Shown: positions 21,326 to 32,688, numbered from the stretch's first letter. The stretch: 64,000 nucleotides of DNA from an uncultured delta proteobacterium (GCA_963796055.1 CAWCKH010000004.1:2048001-2112000), one strand, 5' to 3'. The notes: generated from the sequence alone by a model not told the origin. A program made the numbers and translations.

Positions 21326-22123
21326 TTGGACACCGAATCACGCCTGGAGAAGAGCCTGCTTGGCCACGTGGGCCGGGCCATCGCCGACTTCGGCCTCGTG
21401 GCCGATGGCGACCGGATCATGGTGGGAGTATCGGGGGGCAAGGACTCGCACACCTTGCTGGAGCTGCTGCGCATTCTCCGGCGGAGGGCGCCGGTGCGCT
21501 TCGAGCTGCTGGCGGTCACCCTCGACCAGGGGCACCCGGGCTTCCCCGGGCAGCAGCTGGTCGACCATTTCGCTGCCCAGGGCATGCCGTTCCGGCTGCT
21601 CCGCGAGGACACCTACTCCATCGTCGTGGAGAAGACCCCGCCCGGCAAGACGATGTGCACCGTCTGCTCGCGCCTGCGCCGGGGCATCCTCTACAACGCG
21701 GCCGTGGAGCTGGGGTGCAACAAGATCGCCCTCGGCCACCACCGGGATGACGCCGCGGAGACGCTGCTCCTCAATCTCTTCTTCGCCGGGACGCTGCGGG
21801 GGATGCCGCCCATCCTCCGCTCGGATGATGGCCGGAACACCGTCATCCGGCCGCTCCTCTACGCCCCCGAATCGGAGATCGCCGAGTACGCCGCGCTGAA
21901 GCGCTTCCCCATCATCCCCTGCGACCTCTGCGGCACCCAGGAGCAGCTGCAGCGCAAGCGGATGAAGCGCCTCCTCGATGAGCTGGAGACCGAGATCCCC
22001 ACCGTGCGGAGCAGCATCCTCTCGGCGATGGGCAACGTGCGGCCGTCCCATCTCGCCGACCGGGAGCTCTTCGACTTTGCCGCCCTCGGCACCCTCCGCC
22101 TCCCAGAAAGAGACGCAGCATGA
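21326..22123 (+). CDS. ttcA: tRNA 2-thiocytidine(32) synthetase
   Basis: SGGKDS PP-loop, [24 protein letters not shown]. Confidence 0.95.
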   Translation: MDTESRLEKSLLGHVGRAIADFGLVADGDRIMVGVSGGKDSHTLLELLRILRRRAPVRFELLAVTLDQGHPGFPGQQLVDHFAAQGMPFRLLREDTYSIVVEKTPPGKTMCTVCSRLRRGILYNAAVELGCNKIALGHHRDDAAETLLLNLFFAGTLRGMPPILRSDDGRNTVIRPLLYAPESEIAEYAALKRFPIIPCDLCGTQEQLQRKRMKRLLDELETEIPTVRSSILSAMGNVRPSHLADRELFDFAALGTLRLPERDAA

Positions 22124-22947
22124 GTCCCGAGACCGCCGCTGCCGCCCGGATCGACCGCAACGCCGCCCTGGTCGAGGTGATGCTCCTCGCCGCGATGGCC
22201 GACGGCCAGCTCACCGAGGGGTCCATCCAGGCACTGCTCCGCCGCGTCCTCGAGCGGCCCGAGTTCGACGGCACCCGGCCCGAGGAGATCAGCGACCTGG
22301 TGGAGAAGAGCGTCAAGCGGCTCGCCTCCCAGTCGAGCCTGGAGTCCATCCTCCAGCGGCTCCGCGATCGTCTCCCCACCCACCAGAACCGGCTCCTGGC
22401 CTTCGGGCTCGCGGCCGCCGTGGCCCTCGCCGACAAGAAGGCTACCCGGGCGGAGCTGGGGCTGCTCAAGACCTTCCAGGCCGCCCTCGGCATCGCCGAG
22501 GACGAGGTGGCCGAGCTGGTGGACGTGGTGGAGTCCGGCCGGTCGCTGAACGAGGTCCTCGGTGAGCCGCTGGAGCGGCTCTACGCCGAGGTGATGGTGC
22601 TGGTGACCGCCGCCGACGGGAAGGTGAAGCCCGCCGAGTCCCGCGCGCTCATCGAGTCGCTGGCCTCGGACCCGCTCTTCCAGGAGATCGACGCCGCGCG
22701 GGCCCAGTCCTACCTGAGCGCGTCGGTGGAGGCGCTCGCCGAGCAGGGGCTGCCGGAGCGGCTCCGGGTGCTCGCCCACGGCCTCACCACCCATTCGCAG
22801 CGGGTACGCGCCTTCGGGCTCGCGGTGCGCATCGCCCAGTCCTCGGGCAAGCCGTCCGCGGCCGAGCTGCGCGTCATGGACATGCTGCAGGCCACCTTCG
22901 GCCTCGCCGACGACGAGGTCGCCCGGCTCCGGTCCGAGGTCGGCTGA
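22120..22947 (+). CDS. Tandem TerB-like domain protein
   Basis: Two repeats EVM.L...ADG ... AFGLA...A....E, each about 135 aa. Confidence 0.75.
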   Translation: MSPETAAAARIDRNAALVEVMLLAAMADGQLTEGSIQALLRRVLERPEFDGTRPEEISDLVEKSVKRLASQSSLESILQRLRDRLPTHQNRLLAFGLAAAVALADKKATRAELGLLKTFQAALGIAEDEVAELVDVVESGRSLNEVLGEPLERLYAEVMVLVTAADGKVKPAESRALIESLASDPLFQEIDAARAQSYLSASVEALAEQGLPERLRVLAHGLTTHSQRVRAFGLAVRIAQSSGKPSAAELRVMDMLQATFGLADDEVARLRSEVG

Positions 22948-22962
22948 AGGAGGAGAGCCCAG

Positions 22963-23793
22963 GTGACCGCCCCGCGCAGCGCCTTCCGGTTCGGCTTGCC
23001 CACGTCGCTCCCGGTGGCGCCCGCCCCCGGGGCCGCCGGCCGGCTCACCCGGGTCCTCTCCGGCATCGTGGGCCGCCAGGTCTCGGTGGTGACGTTCTCC
23101 GAGTACGAGGGCCTCACCGACGCGATTCGCCGCGGCGAGGTGGACGCCGCGTGGGCTCCCCCTCTGGTGGCGGCCCGCGCCGAGGCGCTCGGCGCCCGGG
23201 TGATGGCTCGCCCGCTGCGGCGCGGTTCGGTGCGGTCCCGCTCGGCGCTGCTGGTGCGGACCGACTCGAATCTGCAACTCGAGACGCTGGGCGGGAGCAC
23301 CGCGGCCTGGGTGGACCGGGCGTCGCTCGCCGGGCATCTCCTGCCGCTGGCCTGGCTCCGCGAGCGCGGGCTCGACCCCGGCCGGCTCTTCGGCCAGCAG
23401 CTCTTCCTCGGCAGCTACCAGGCCTGCGTGGAGGCGCTGCTCGGCGGTGAGGCCGACGTGGCCGCGCTCTTCGCCCCGCCCGAGGGGCACGACCTGCGGC
23501 AGTCCGTCGAGGAGGTCGCCCCGGGCCGCAGCGCCGACGTCCGGGTCCTCGCCTGCACCATGCCCGCGCTGCACGACGCCTGGCTGGTGGCCCCGCACGT
23601 CCCCTTACCGGAGGCGCTCCGCATCGAGCGCGGTCTGCTCTCCATCCGGGAGGCACCCGAGGGAACGGCGCTCCTGCGCGACGTGGTGCGGGCGGACCGG
23701 CTGGAGCGCGCGCCCGAGCTCGGCCACCGCGAGCTCTTTGCCCGCGGTCTCACGGATGTGACGCTTCCGTTACGCTCAGACACCTCCGCTTGA
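22963..23793 (+). CDS. PhnD/phosphonate-binding-like substrate-binding domain protein, no signal peptide
   Basis: GEVDAAWAPP, AAWVDRASLAGHLLP, FLGSY, GEADVAA; RBS AGGAG. Confidence 0.75.
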   Translation: MTAPRSAFRFGLPTSLPVAPAPGAAGRLTRVLSGIVGRQVSVVTFSEYEGLTDAIRRGEVDAAWAPPLVAARAEALGARVMARPLRRGSVRSRSALLVRTDSNLQLETLGGSTAAWVDRASLAGHLLPLAWLRERGLDPGRLFGQQLFLGSYQACVEALLGGEADVAALFAPPEGHDLRQSVEEVAPGRSADVRVLACTMPALHDAWLVAPHVPLPEALRIERGLLSIREAPEGTALLRDVVRADRLERAPELGHRELFARGLTDVTLPLRSDTSA

Positions 23794-23831
23794 ACGGTCC
23801 CCAGGCGGGCTGCTACGTCCAACGTTGCACG

Positions 23832-24323
23832 ATGGGTCGACGCGGTCGCGGGTCCCTGCGCTCCTGGGCGGTGCCGAGCCTGATGGTGGGCGCCGTCGCC
23901 ACGCTCGTGGACATCGGCGTGCTGCTGGCCGCAATGCGCTGGATCCATGCCTCGAGCGCCGAGGGCGCGATGCTGGGGGTCGCGGTGGGGAGCACCGTCG
24001 CCTTCCTCGGCAACCGTCGGTTCGCGTTCCGCAGCGAGGCCACCGCCTGGCTCCCGGAGGCGCTGCGGTTCCTCGCCGGGACCGCCGCGGGCATGCTGGT
24101 GCACGCCGCGCTGGTGCGGACGCTCGCGGACGGAATGGGCGTACCGGTGGTGCTGGCGAAGCTCGTGGCCGACGTCTGCGTCTTCACCTTCGGGCAGCTG
24201 CTCCTCCTGCGCTTCTTCGTCTTCCCCGCCCGGCGAAAGCTGGAGGCGATCCGCCGCGCCCGCGCCCCGCACTGGGACGTGCCCGAGGCGGGCGGGGACG
24301 CCCCCGTCGCCCGGGTCGGCTGA
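23832..24323 (+). CDS. GtrA-family membrane protein
   Basis: VGAVATLVD, FLGNRRFAF, LRF, AKLVA, RFFVF. Confidence 0.8.
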   Translation: MGRRGRGSLRSWAVPSLMVGAVATLVDIGVLLAAMRWIHASSAEGAMLGVAVGSTVAFLGNRRFAFRSEATAWLPEALRFLAGTAAGMLVHAALVRTLADGMGVPVVLAKLVADVCVFTFGQLLLLRFFVFPARRKLEAIRRARAPHWDVPEAGGDAPVARVG

Positions 24324-24326
24324 AGC

Positions 24327-24521
24327 TCAGGAGAGTGTCGGGCCGGCGTCCGGAGTGGGGTCGCCGGCGTTCGGCAGCAGCAGGATCGCCAGGGCGCGGG
24401 CCTGGACCTCGCTGTTGCAGCGGTACTCCTGCACCTTCCCGTTGGTCTCCACCCGGAGGATCCACATGTCCTCTTCCTGGCGCACCACGGGCAGCTCCGG
24501 GCTGTCGGGAGTCGGGTCCAT
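24327..24521 (-). CDS. Small hypothetical protein
   Basis: 64-aa ORF with good codon bias (WILRVETNGKVQEYRC). Confidence 0.55.
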   Translation of the reverse strand: MDPTPDSPELPVVRQEEDMWILRVETNGKVQEYRCNSEVQARALAILLLPNAGDPTPDAGPTLS

Positions 24522-24632
24522 TCGCGTCGCCCTGAAGGGCGAAGCAGGGGCCGTGCCGGGACCCTGACCCGGTGATGACGGTGGGTTGCACCGCTCCCCC
24601 AGCGTTCCTGAATTGGCAGTCCGCAGCCGCTG

Positions 24633-26564
24633 CTATGCAAACTTTGCAGCGTCCGCAGGCTCGTTCCACTCCCAGGCGCTCCGGTAGCCGCCGAGCGCCT
24701 GCGCCCGCTCGACGAGCTGGGCGTAGAAGGGGTGACCGGCCAGGGTGGCGCTGTCGCCCACGACGAAGGCGTGGACCTTCGCCCGGGTGAGGACCACGTT
24801 CATCCGGCGCAGGTCGGTGAGGAAGCCCAGCCGCGCCTCCGCGTTGCTGCGGACGCAGCTCACCAGCACCGCCTCGGCCTCGCGTCCCTGGAAGGCGTCG
24901 ACGGTGTCGACCTCGATGCCGAGCGGCTCGAGGAGGGGGGCCATCCGCCCGGCCTGGGCTCGGTAGGGAGTGATGACCGCGATCTGCCTCGGTTCGAGAC
25001 CGGCGGCGAGCAGCGCGCGGGCCCGGGCCACCACCACCTCCGCCTCCCCCGGGTTCTCCAGGCTCTCGCTCCCCTCGGGCGCGACCTCCTCCCAGCCCTT
25101 GCCGGCCGAGTCGAGGAAGAGGAGTGGCGGGGCATCGAGCGACGCGCCAGGCAGCACGGTGGCCAGCGTCCGTTCCGCCACCGAGGGGTGCGCGCGGAGC
25201 TCGCCTCCGTAGAATGCGCGCGACGGCAGCTCCATGAGCGCGGTGTTCATCCGGTACTGCTCGCGCAGCATCTGGCGCACCGGTTCGCCATGGAGCGCGA
25301 GCAGCCGCTCGAAGAGGCTGGTGGAGAGTCCGCCCGTGGCTGCCTCCTGCGAGAGAATCGTCGGCGGGAGCTGGCGGTGGTCACCGGCGAGGACCACGCG
25401 CTCGGCGCGGAGGAACGCCAGGAGCGTCAGGGGCTCGGTGGCCTGCGTCGCCTCGTCGACCAGCGCGAGCGGGAAGCGGAGCGTGGACAGCGGAGGGCCG
25501 CCCAGCGCGGTGAGGGTCGCGCACAGCACGTCGGCGCGCTCGAGGACGTCGCGCACCGCCTTTCTCTCCAGCCCCCGGGCCTCGTCCATCAGCGCCCGGG
25601 CCTCGGCCTGCGCCGACCGGGCGTTGGCGAAGCGCTCGCGGCTGCGCCCCCGCTTCCGCTGCTTGCGGGCATGCCCGAGCAGCTCGAAGGCGTCGTCGAA
25701 CAGCTCGCGCGCGAGCGCGCGGTCCGGATGCCGCTCCACCTGCACGTCGAGGGTGTGCTCCACGAGCCGGGGCGAGACCCGTGCGGGGTGGCCCACCCGG
25801 ACGACCCGGAGCCCCTCGGCGAGGCAGAGCTCCACCAGGTGGTCCACCGCGGCGTTGCTCGCCGCGGTGCCGAGGATGCGGCCGTGCCGGGCGACGGCGT
25901 TCCTGGCCACGGCGGCGAGCACGGTGCTCTTTCCCGTCCCCGGAGGGCCGTGGACGCAGAAGAGATCCCGCGCGGCGAGGGCGCGCTCCACGGCGACCCG
26001 CTGCTCGGGATTGAGGGCGTCGGTACCGTCCGGGGGCCGCTCGGGCTCGAAGCGCGGCGGCTCCTTCCCGAGCAGCACGTCCTTGCGCCGCCCCGGAGCG
26101 CCCCGGTCCGCCGCTGCCACCTCGGCGACGGCGGCGTCGGCGCGGCCGAACGTCACGTCGTCCGCCACCAGGTCCAGGACGAGGCGTCCGCTCCGCACGA
26201 AGTCCGGCGGGGGGCGGTCGAAGGCCAGCTGGACCCGATCCCGCCCGCCGCTGGCGACGAGTGCGCGCTCGGGTGGCGCCACCTCTGCGCGCCGTGGGCG
26301 GGCCTCCACCACGTCGCCGGGGCCGAAGGGATTGCGCCAGGTCTGGCCGGTCGCCCGGGTAAGGGTGACCAGGAAGCGGCCGCCGAGACCGACGTCCTCG
26401 TCCCTGGCCTCGAGGTCGCCCGCGGAGAGGCCCAGCGACTCCCGCTCACCCTGGGAGAGCTCCGCCCGCTCTGCGGCGAGCCGCTGCTCCTCGGCACGGC
26501 GCTCGAGCGCGAGGAGCCGGCGCAGCTGCTCGAAGTGCTCGGGTCCGGGCGGAGCGGCGGCCAT
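24633..26564 (-). CDS. SF1 Upf1/IGHMBP2/DNA2-like helicase
   Basis: GPPGTGKS, SNAAVD, DEATQ, GDHRQLPP, QYRM, TVDAFQGRE, RRMNVVLTRAK. Confidence 0.92.
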   Translation of the reverse strand: MAAAPPGPEHFEQLRRLLALERRAEEQRLAAERAELSQGERESLGLSAGDLEARDEDVGLGGRFLVTLTRATGQTWRNPFGPGDVVEARPRRAEVAPPERALVASGGRDRVQLAFDRPPPDFVRSGRLVLDLVADDVTFGRADAAVAEVAAADRGAPGRRKDVLLGKEPPRFEPERPPDGTDALNPEQRVAVERALAARDLFCVHGPPGTGKSTVLAAVARNAVARHGRILGTAASNAAVDHLVELCLAEGLRVVRVGHPARVSPRLVEHTLDVQVERHPDRALARELFDDAFELLGHARKQRKRGRSRERFANARSAQAEARALMDEARGLERKAVRDVLERADVLCATLTALGGPPLSTLRFPLALVDEATQATEPLTLLAFLRAERVVLAGDHRQLPPTILSQEAATGGLSTSLFERLLALHGEPVRQMLREQYRMNTALMELPSRAFYGGELRAHPSVAERTLATVLPGASLDAPPLLFLDSAGKGWEEVAPEGSESLENPGEAEVVVARARALLAAGLEPRQIAVITPYRAQAGRMAPLLEPLGIEVDTVDAFQGREAEAVLVSCVRSNAEARLGFLTDLRRMNVVLTRAKVHAFVVGDSATLAGHPFYAQLVERAQALGGYRSAWEWNEPADAAKFA

Positions 26565-26604
26565 GCCCCATCGTGCCAGAGACCGTTCTCTGCCAGCAGG
26601 CAGG

Positions 26605-27246
26605 TCAGGAGGCTGGCTCGGCGATCAAACCCTTCTTGCGCATGTCCGCGCCCACGGCCTTGACCAGGTCTTGCATGAACTGGTGGAGGTGCTCGGGGTT
26701 CGTGGTCTCGCTCTGCCCCGCCCAGATGAGCTTGTTCTGTTTCAGGTCGAAGACCAGCGTCTCCACGCGCACGATGGTGTCGGTCACCACGTAGCCCGGG
26801 CTGTACGCAGCGCCCCAGCCGTAGCCGTAGTACGGACCCCAGCCGGCGCCGTACGGGCCAGGCCCCATGTACGAGGGCGGGACGTAGGTCTGCTGCTTGT
26901 TCACCGCGATGGGACGCATGGCGACGAGCGCCACGGCGCCCGAGTCCCGGATGGCAGCGGCAGCCTTCTCCTTGTTGTCGACCTCATCCGTGGGGATGAG
27001 GGTGAACGAGGGGATTGGCCGGAGGCCCCGCTGCCTGAGCTCCTCTCCGAGAAGGTCCTCCCCCGTCCGGCGCGTCGTCTCCTCCTTGCTCATCACCATG
27101 GCAATCACGAGGTCGCCCTGCTTCACCGAGAGCGGCGCGGCGCCGGGCTCCTTCCAGCTGTTCACCAGCTTGGTGCTAGCGGTGCAGCCGGAAGACAGCG
27201 CGAGCATCAGGAAGGCGGTGGAGGCCCGGGGGAACCTCGGGGACAT
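26605..27246 (-). CDS. Hypothetical lipoprotein (DUF4136-like)
   Basis: Lipobox SSGC, Gly/Tyr-rich loop, VETLVFDL..LIWAG. Confidence 0.65.
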   Translation of the reverse strand: MSPRFPRASTAFLMLALSSGCTASTKLVNSWKEPGAAPLSVKQGDLVIAMVMSKEETTRRTGEDLLGEELRQRGLRPIPSFTLIPTDEVDNKEKAAAAIRDSGAVALVAMRPIAVNKQQTYVPPSYMGPGPYGAGWGPYYGYGWGAAYSPGYVVTDTIVRVETLVFDLKQNKLIWAGQSETTNPEHLHQFMQDLVKAVGADMRKKGLIAEPAS

Positions 27247-27342
27247 GGCAGCTCCTTGTCGTGTCGGGCCGGGACGCTGCCTGGGCTGGCGGCCGGACGC
27301 CAGCACCGCGAGATGGTCCCAAAGGGGTATTGACGCCGGAAC

Positions 27343-28200
27343 TCAGCAGCCGAGTCCACGAACGATGTAGAGCGAGCTGCTGTACCGCTTGTAGCTGAAG
27401 ACGACATGCCTGCCGTCAGGCGAGAGCACCACGCTTGCGAGCCTCGTCGGGTCTCCTGGGTCGGCGGGGGGAATGGTTCGTTCCTCCAGCACCTTTCCGG
27501 ATGTGGGGTCGACACGCCGGAGCTGTAAACCCTCGCCGACGGAACTGATGGCCCTGGAGACCCAGACCGTGCCGTCCGCTGACCACCCGCGAGGCACCAA
27601 GCCCTCGTTGGTCGCCCAGACGAGACGCGTCGATCCGTCTTCGAGCGAGACGACCACGAGCCGGGGCTTGGGGCTCTCACTTCCAGCAACGAGGTCGCCC
27701 TGCTCGAGTGCCGCCGCCCAGAGCCCATCCTGCGAGACGTGAAAGATGGGGCCCACCCCCACACTGGGGAAGGGGTCGAGTGCCGTGGCGCTCACACGGT
27801 TGGCGCGGAGCCGCCCCCGGCAAGGCGCTCGTGCGCAGCCGCGAGCCCGTGCGCGAGCTGTGCCGCCCAGTCGAGCGCGGTGCGCAGGGGGAGCCGCCCA
27901 CGAGCGAGCCGCGCCCGCAGTGACTCGCCCGTGAGCAGCTCGGTGACGAAGTACGGCGCCCCCCTCGTGCTGGCCGAACTCGTAGACCGCGACCAGATTC
28001 GGGTGGTTCAGCGAGCCGGCGAGGCGGGCCTCCTGCTCGAACCGCCGTATCAGGTCGGGGTCACCGGCCAGGGCCTCGTTGACGACCTTGAGCGCGATGT
28101 CCCGACCCAGCCGCGCGTCCCGCGCGCGGTAGACCTCGGCCATGCCTCCGGCGCCGAGGAGAGCCACCACCTCATAAGGTCCCACCTTACGCCTGGGCCG
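27343..28200 (-). pseudogene. Collapsed Ser/Thr kinase / beta-propeller pseudogene
   Basis: Kinase N-lobe (LGAGGMAEVY, IALK, HPNL), frameshift in a G run, no HRD/DFG, then fused to a TolB/WD40-like C-terminus (LSPDGRHVVF). Confidence 0.75.
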
Positions 28201-28364
28201 AGGTGCACCGGCCGACTCTACGGCGAAGCGCCCGCGGGTGCCGGATCGAGCGCCAATTCGGGGATCTCCCGCGCGCTCGACAAACCTGCTTCGCCTGAAG
28301 CACAAGGACGGCTCTGCCGCGCCCTGGTTGCAGACCAGCCGGCGTGGGCCTTAAGGGCTGCCCC

Positions 28365-30480
28365 ATGCACCCGCCCGACCGCCCCAACCGACTTGCCGCG
28401 GAGTCGTCGCCCTACCTCCGCCAGCACGCGACCAACCCGGTGGATTGGTACCCGTGGGGCGACGAGGCCCTGCGGCGCGCGCGCGACGAGCAGCGGCCGA
28501 TTCTCCTCTCCATCGGGTACTCGGCGTGCCACTGGTGCCACGTCATGGCCCACGAGTCCTTCGAGGACCCGGGCACGGCGCAGCTGATGAACGCGCAGTT
28601 CGTGAACGTGAAGGTGGACCGGGAGGAGCGCCCGGATCTCGATCAGGTCTACCAGGGCGTGGTGCAGCTGATGGGCGGCCAGGGCGGATGGCCGCTGACG
28701 GTGTTCCTCACTCCCGACCTCGTCCCGTTCTACGGCGGCACCTACTTTCCGCCCGAGCCGCGCCACGGGTTGCCCTCGTTCGGGATGCTGCTCGACGCGC
28801 TGTCGCAGGCGTGGACCGAGAAACGCGACGAGGTGCTCTCCCAGGCCGGCGAGTTCAAGAATGGGCTCCGCCAGCTCGCGACCTACGGACTCGGCACGCT
28901 CGTCACTCCCGTGTCGGGCGACGACGTCGCGGCCGCCGGGAGGGCGCTGGCGCGCGCGCTGGACCCGGTCGAGGGTGGCTTCGGCGGCGCGCCCAAGTTT
29001 CCCAACACCATGGGGCTGGCGCTGCTGCTCCGGGCGTGGCGGCGGACCGGGAACGCGGCGCTGCGGGACGGGGCGCTGCACTCGCTCGATAGGATGGTGA
29101 CCGGCGGCATCCACGACCAGCTCGGCGGCGGCTTCCACCGCTACAGCGTGGACCGCTTCTGGCGGGTCCCGCACTTCGAGAAGATGCTCTACGACAACGC
29201 GTTGCTCCTGCACCTGCTCGCGGAGGCGCAACAGAATCTCGGCGCACGAGAAGTGGGCGGAGGCCGCGTCGGGGCTGGTGGAGTGGCTGGGGCGGGAGAT
29301 GACGGACCCGGCCGGCGCGTTCCACGCCACCCAGGACGCCGACAGCGAGGGGGAGGAGGGGAAGTACTTCGTCTGGAGCCCGGCCGAGCTCGAGGCGGTG
29401 CTCGGGCCCGAGGACGGCATGCGGGCCGCGTTCGCTCTGGGGGTGACGACGCAGGGAACCTTCGAGCACGGGCGTAGCGTCCTCGAGCGCCGGGTGCCAC
29501 TGGCGCAGCTGGTGCGGGCCTCCGGGAGCACGGAGGACGAGAGCCGGCGCTGGCTCGACTCGGTGCGCGCGCGGCTGCTCGCCGAGCGGATGAAGCGGGT
29601 GGCTCCGGGGCGCGACGACAAGGTGCTGGCCGGTTGGAACGGGCTGATGGTTCGCGGGCTCGCTTACGCCGCCAGGGTCTTCGAGCGTCCGGAGTGGGCA
29701 GAGCGGGCGGCCCGTGCCGCCGGCGCCGTGCTGGACCGGCAGTTCCAGGGCGGACGGCTGTTCCGCGTGCACCAGGACGGGACCAGCAAGGTGGACGCGT
29801 TCCTCGAGGACTGGGGTGGGCTCGCCGCGGGCCTGGTCGCACTCTACCAGGCGACGTTCGAGCATCGCTGGCTCGAGGCTGGGGTGCAGCTCGCCGACCG
29901 CGCGCAGGAGCGCTTCTGGGACCCAGAGCAACGGGCGTACCGGACCGCGCCGAGAGGACAGGCGGACCTCGTGGTGGAGGCCTACGCGCTGCACGACAAC
30001 GCCGTGCCGTCGGGCGCAAGCCTTCTCACCGAGGCCAACCTCGTTCTGGCCGCACTGACTGGCCGGCACGCCTACCTCGACCGCGCCGAGGCGTACCTCT
30101 CGCGGATGCGCGACGCGGCGCTGGCCAACCCGTTCGCGTACGGGCACCTCTGGTGCGCGGCAGACCTGCTGGCCGACGGTGCCCCCGACGTGGCTCTCGT
30201 GGGCACGGCGCGTGCCCGAGAGCAATTCCTCGCCCTGCTCGTCAGGACCTACGCCCCGACGCTCTCGGTCGCGGCCTTCGAGCCGGGGGCGGCGCCGACG
30301 GTGCTCTCGGAGATCGCCGAGGGGAAGACCACCGCCGGGGGCGAGCTGGCGGCGTACCTCTGCCGGAACTTCACCTGCACGCTGCCTCTGCGGTCGGTCG
30401 ATGCGCTGGAGGCGGAGCTTCGCCAGGCCAGGCTCGTGGCGCCGGCCAAGGACGTGGAGACGGTGGACGAGGAGGACTGA
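28365..30480 (+). CDS. YyaL/SSP411 (DUF255) thioredoxin-domain protein; frameshifted near 29235
   Basis: [54 protein letters not shown]. Removing one A in CAGAATC joins the two ORFs. Confidence 0.88.
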
Positions 30481-30979
30481 CGGGGAGGGAGCGTGCCCCC
30501 GACTCGGGGGGCAGCGCTGATCCGAGGTCCACCGGGGGCGCCACGCCCGTTGCAGAGAGGGTTTCCCGAGCGCGCTTCCAGGATCAGTTTGGAACGGTCA
30601 GGGCCGAGGGGGTCCTGCGGGTGTCGGAAAGCGTTCCATCGGGTTACGGGAAGCGCGTACGCGAAGCTTCTTGGAATGCTCCGCAGGAGCGCGAGACCCC
30701 CTCTCGGGTCGACCGTTCCATTCTGATCCTCCATCGGCCTCCGCGAAACCGGAACCGGCGGCCGTCCTCGAGGACGTTCCGGGAGCGTCTCCCGCTGGAT
30801 CAGCCGGCGATCAGCGTCTGGGCCGGCCTTCTTCTCCGCGTTCGCCGGGTCCCGGACCTTTCTGGACGCAGGCCCCTGATTTCTCTGGCGAAGCTGCTCC
30901 ATGTCGATCAGCTCCGTGCTCGATTGTCGCTTTGGCGGACGCTGACGGCATGGAGCCGCCTGCGCACAAGGAGAGAACG

Positions 30980-31339
30980 ATGAAGTTCCTGATGACGTAT
31001 GCCGCGATCCCTGGTGCTCCCCCGCCCACGCCGGAGCAGATGGCCCGCATCGGCGCCTATTCCGAGAAGATGGCCAAGGCCGGCGTGCTGCTCATGACGG
31101 GCGGCCTGGTTCGTCCCTCCCGCGGCCTGCAGATGCGCTGCCAGGGCGGGAAGGTCAGCGTCACCGACGGACCGTTCGCCGAGTCGAAGGAGCTCATCGA
31201 CGGGTTTGCGCTGGTGAAGGTGGCCTCGCGCGAGGAGGCGGTGAAGCTGGCCACCGAGTTCATGCAGATTGCCGGTGACGGCACGGGCGAGGTCCTTCAG
31301 GTGTTCGACGCTGCCGAGGGCGGCCCGCCCGGTCCGTGA
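30980..31339 (+). CDS. YciI/DGPF-family protein
   Basis: TDGPFAESKELIDGFA; RBS AAGGAG. Confidence 0.85.
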   Translation: MKFLMTYAAIPGAPPPTPEQMARIGAYSEKMAKAGVLLMTGGLVRPSRGLQMRCQGGKVSVTDGPFAESKELIDGFALVKVASREEAVKLATEFMQIAGDGTGEVLQVFDAAEGGPPGP

Positions 31340-31407
31340 CGGTCGCGCTCGCCGGCGCGCCCTGAACAGGGGGTGCGCCGGGAGGGGTCCTGGTAGCGTC
31401 CGGTGCG

Positions 31408-32676
31408 GTGAAGGCCGGCACGCACGAGGCGATCACCCGGGTGTGGCGGGACGAGTCGGCGCGGCTCGTCGGTGCCCTGGTACGCCTCGTGGGGGACCTC
31501 GGGTCCGCCGAGGAGCTGGCGCAGGACGCGCTGGTCGCGGCGCTGGAGGAGTGGCCGACCTCGGGTGTGCCGGAACGTCCGGGCGCCTGGCTGATGGCCA
31601 CGGCGAAGAACCGGGCGCTCAACGTCCTCCAGCGCACCCGGATGCTGGACCGGAAGCACCAGGCCCTCGAACGCGAGTCGGTCACTCAGGTCACGCCCCA
31701 GCTCGAATCGGCCATGGACGAACAGGTCCGCGACGATGCGCTCCGGCTGCTCTTCATCGCCTGCCATCCGGTGCTGTCCCGCGAGGCCCGGGTCGCGCTC
31801 ACCCTCCGGCTCGCGGGCGGGCTGTCGACGGAGGAGATCGCTCGCGCCTTCCTGGTGCCCGAGCCGACCATGGCCCAGCGTCTTGTCCGGGCGAAGCGTG
31901 CCCTCTCCTCCGCCGGGGCGCGGTTCGAGCTGCCGCGGGGCGATGCCCTGGCTGAGCGGCTCGCCGCGGTGCTGGAGGTCGTCTACCTCGTCTTCAACGA
32001 GGGTCACTCGGCAAGCTCGGGGAGCGCGCTGATACGCCTCGACCTCGCGGCGGTGGCGCTGCGGCTGGGGCGGCTCCTGGCCGAGCTTGCGCCGGCCGAG
32101 CCCGAAGCGCTGGGGCTGCTCGCGCTGATGGAGCTCACCGCGGCCCGCGTCCCAGCGCGCTCGGATGCAGCCGGGGACCCGGTGCTGCTCATGGATCAGG
32201 ATCGCTCCCTGTGGGACTCTGGGCTCCTGTCGGCCGGGCTCGCCACCCTCGAGCGCGCCGAGGCGCTCGGAGGCGAGCCGGGTCCTTATCGTCTCCAGGC
32301 GGCGATCGCCGGATGCCACACCCGGGCGCACCGGGCCGAGGACACCGACTGGAAACGCATCGCCTCGCTCTACGGCGAGCTGGCCCGCCGCGCGCCGTCG
32401 CCGGTGGTGGAGCTGAACCGAGCGCTGGCCGTGTCCCGCGCCGAGGGCCCCGCAGCCGGACTCGCCCTGCTGGATGCGCTCGTCCACGAGCCATCGCTTG
32501 CGCGCTACCCGCAGCTCCCCGGCGCGCGGGCAGACCTCCTCTACCAGCTCGGGGAGTACGCCCGGGCATGCAAGGAGTTCGAGCGTGCGGCCTCCCTCGC
32601 CGGGAACGAGCGGGTCCGGAGACGGCTGCTGGCACGCGCGGAGGAATGCGCCCGACGTGCGGCGGACGACGCATAG
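31408..32676 (+). CDS. ECF sigma factor with C-terminal TPR extension (ECF42-like)
   Basis: AEELAQDA, GAWLMATAKNR, LRLLFIACHP, AQRLVRAK, YRLQAAIA; lies downstream of a DGPF gene. Confidence 0.88.
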   Translation: MKAGTHEAITRVWRDESARLVGALVRLVGDLGSAEELAQDALVAALEEWPTSGVPERPGAWLMATAKNRALNVLQRTRMLDRKHQALERESVTQVTPQLESAMDEQVRDDALRLLFIACHPVLSREARVALTLRLAGGLSTEEIARAFLVPEPTMAQRLVRAKRALSSAGARFELPRGDALAERLAAVLEVVYLVFNEGHSASSGSALIRLDLAAVALRLGRLLAELAPAEPEALGLLALMELTAARVPARSDAAGDPVLLMDQDRSLWDSGLLSAGLATLERAEALGGEPGPYRLQAAIAGCHTRAHRAEDTDWKRIASLYGELARRAPSPVVELNRALAVSRAEGPAAGLALLDALVHEPSLARYPQLPGARADLLYQLGEYARACKEFERAASLAGNERVRRRLLARAEECARRAADDA

Positions 32677-32688
32677 GAGGGTTGGGGG

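Noticed and set aside
29230..29240. Programmed frameshifting in the YyaL-like gene (also thyX and the kinase)
   Set aside because: No slippery heptamer is present; single duplicated bases are better explained as sequencing indels.
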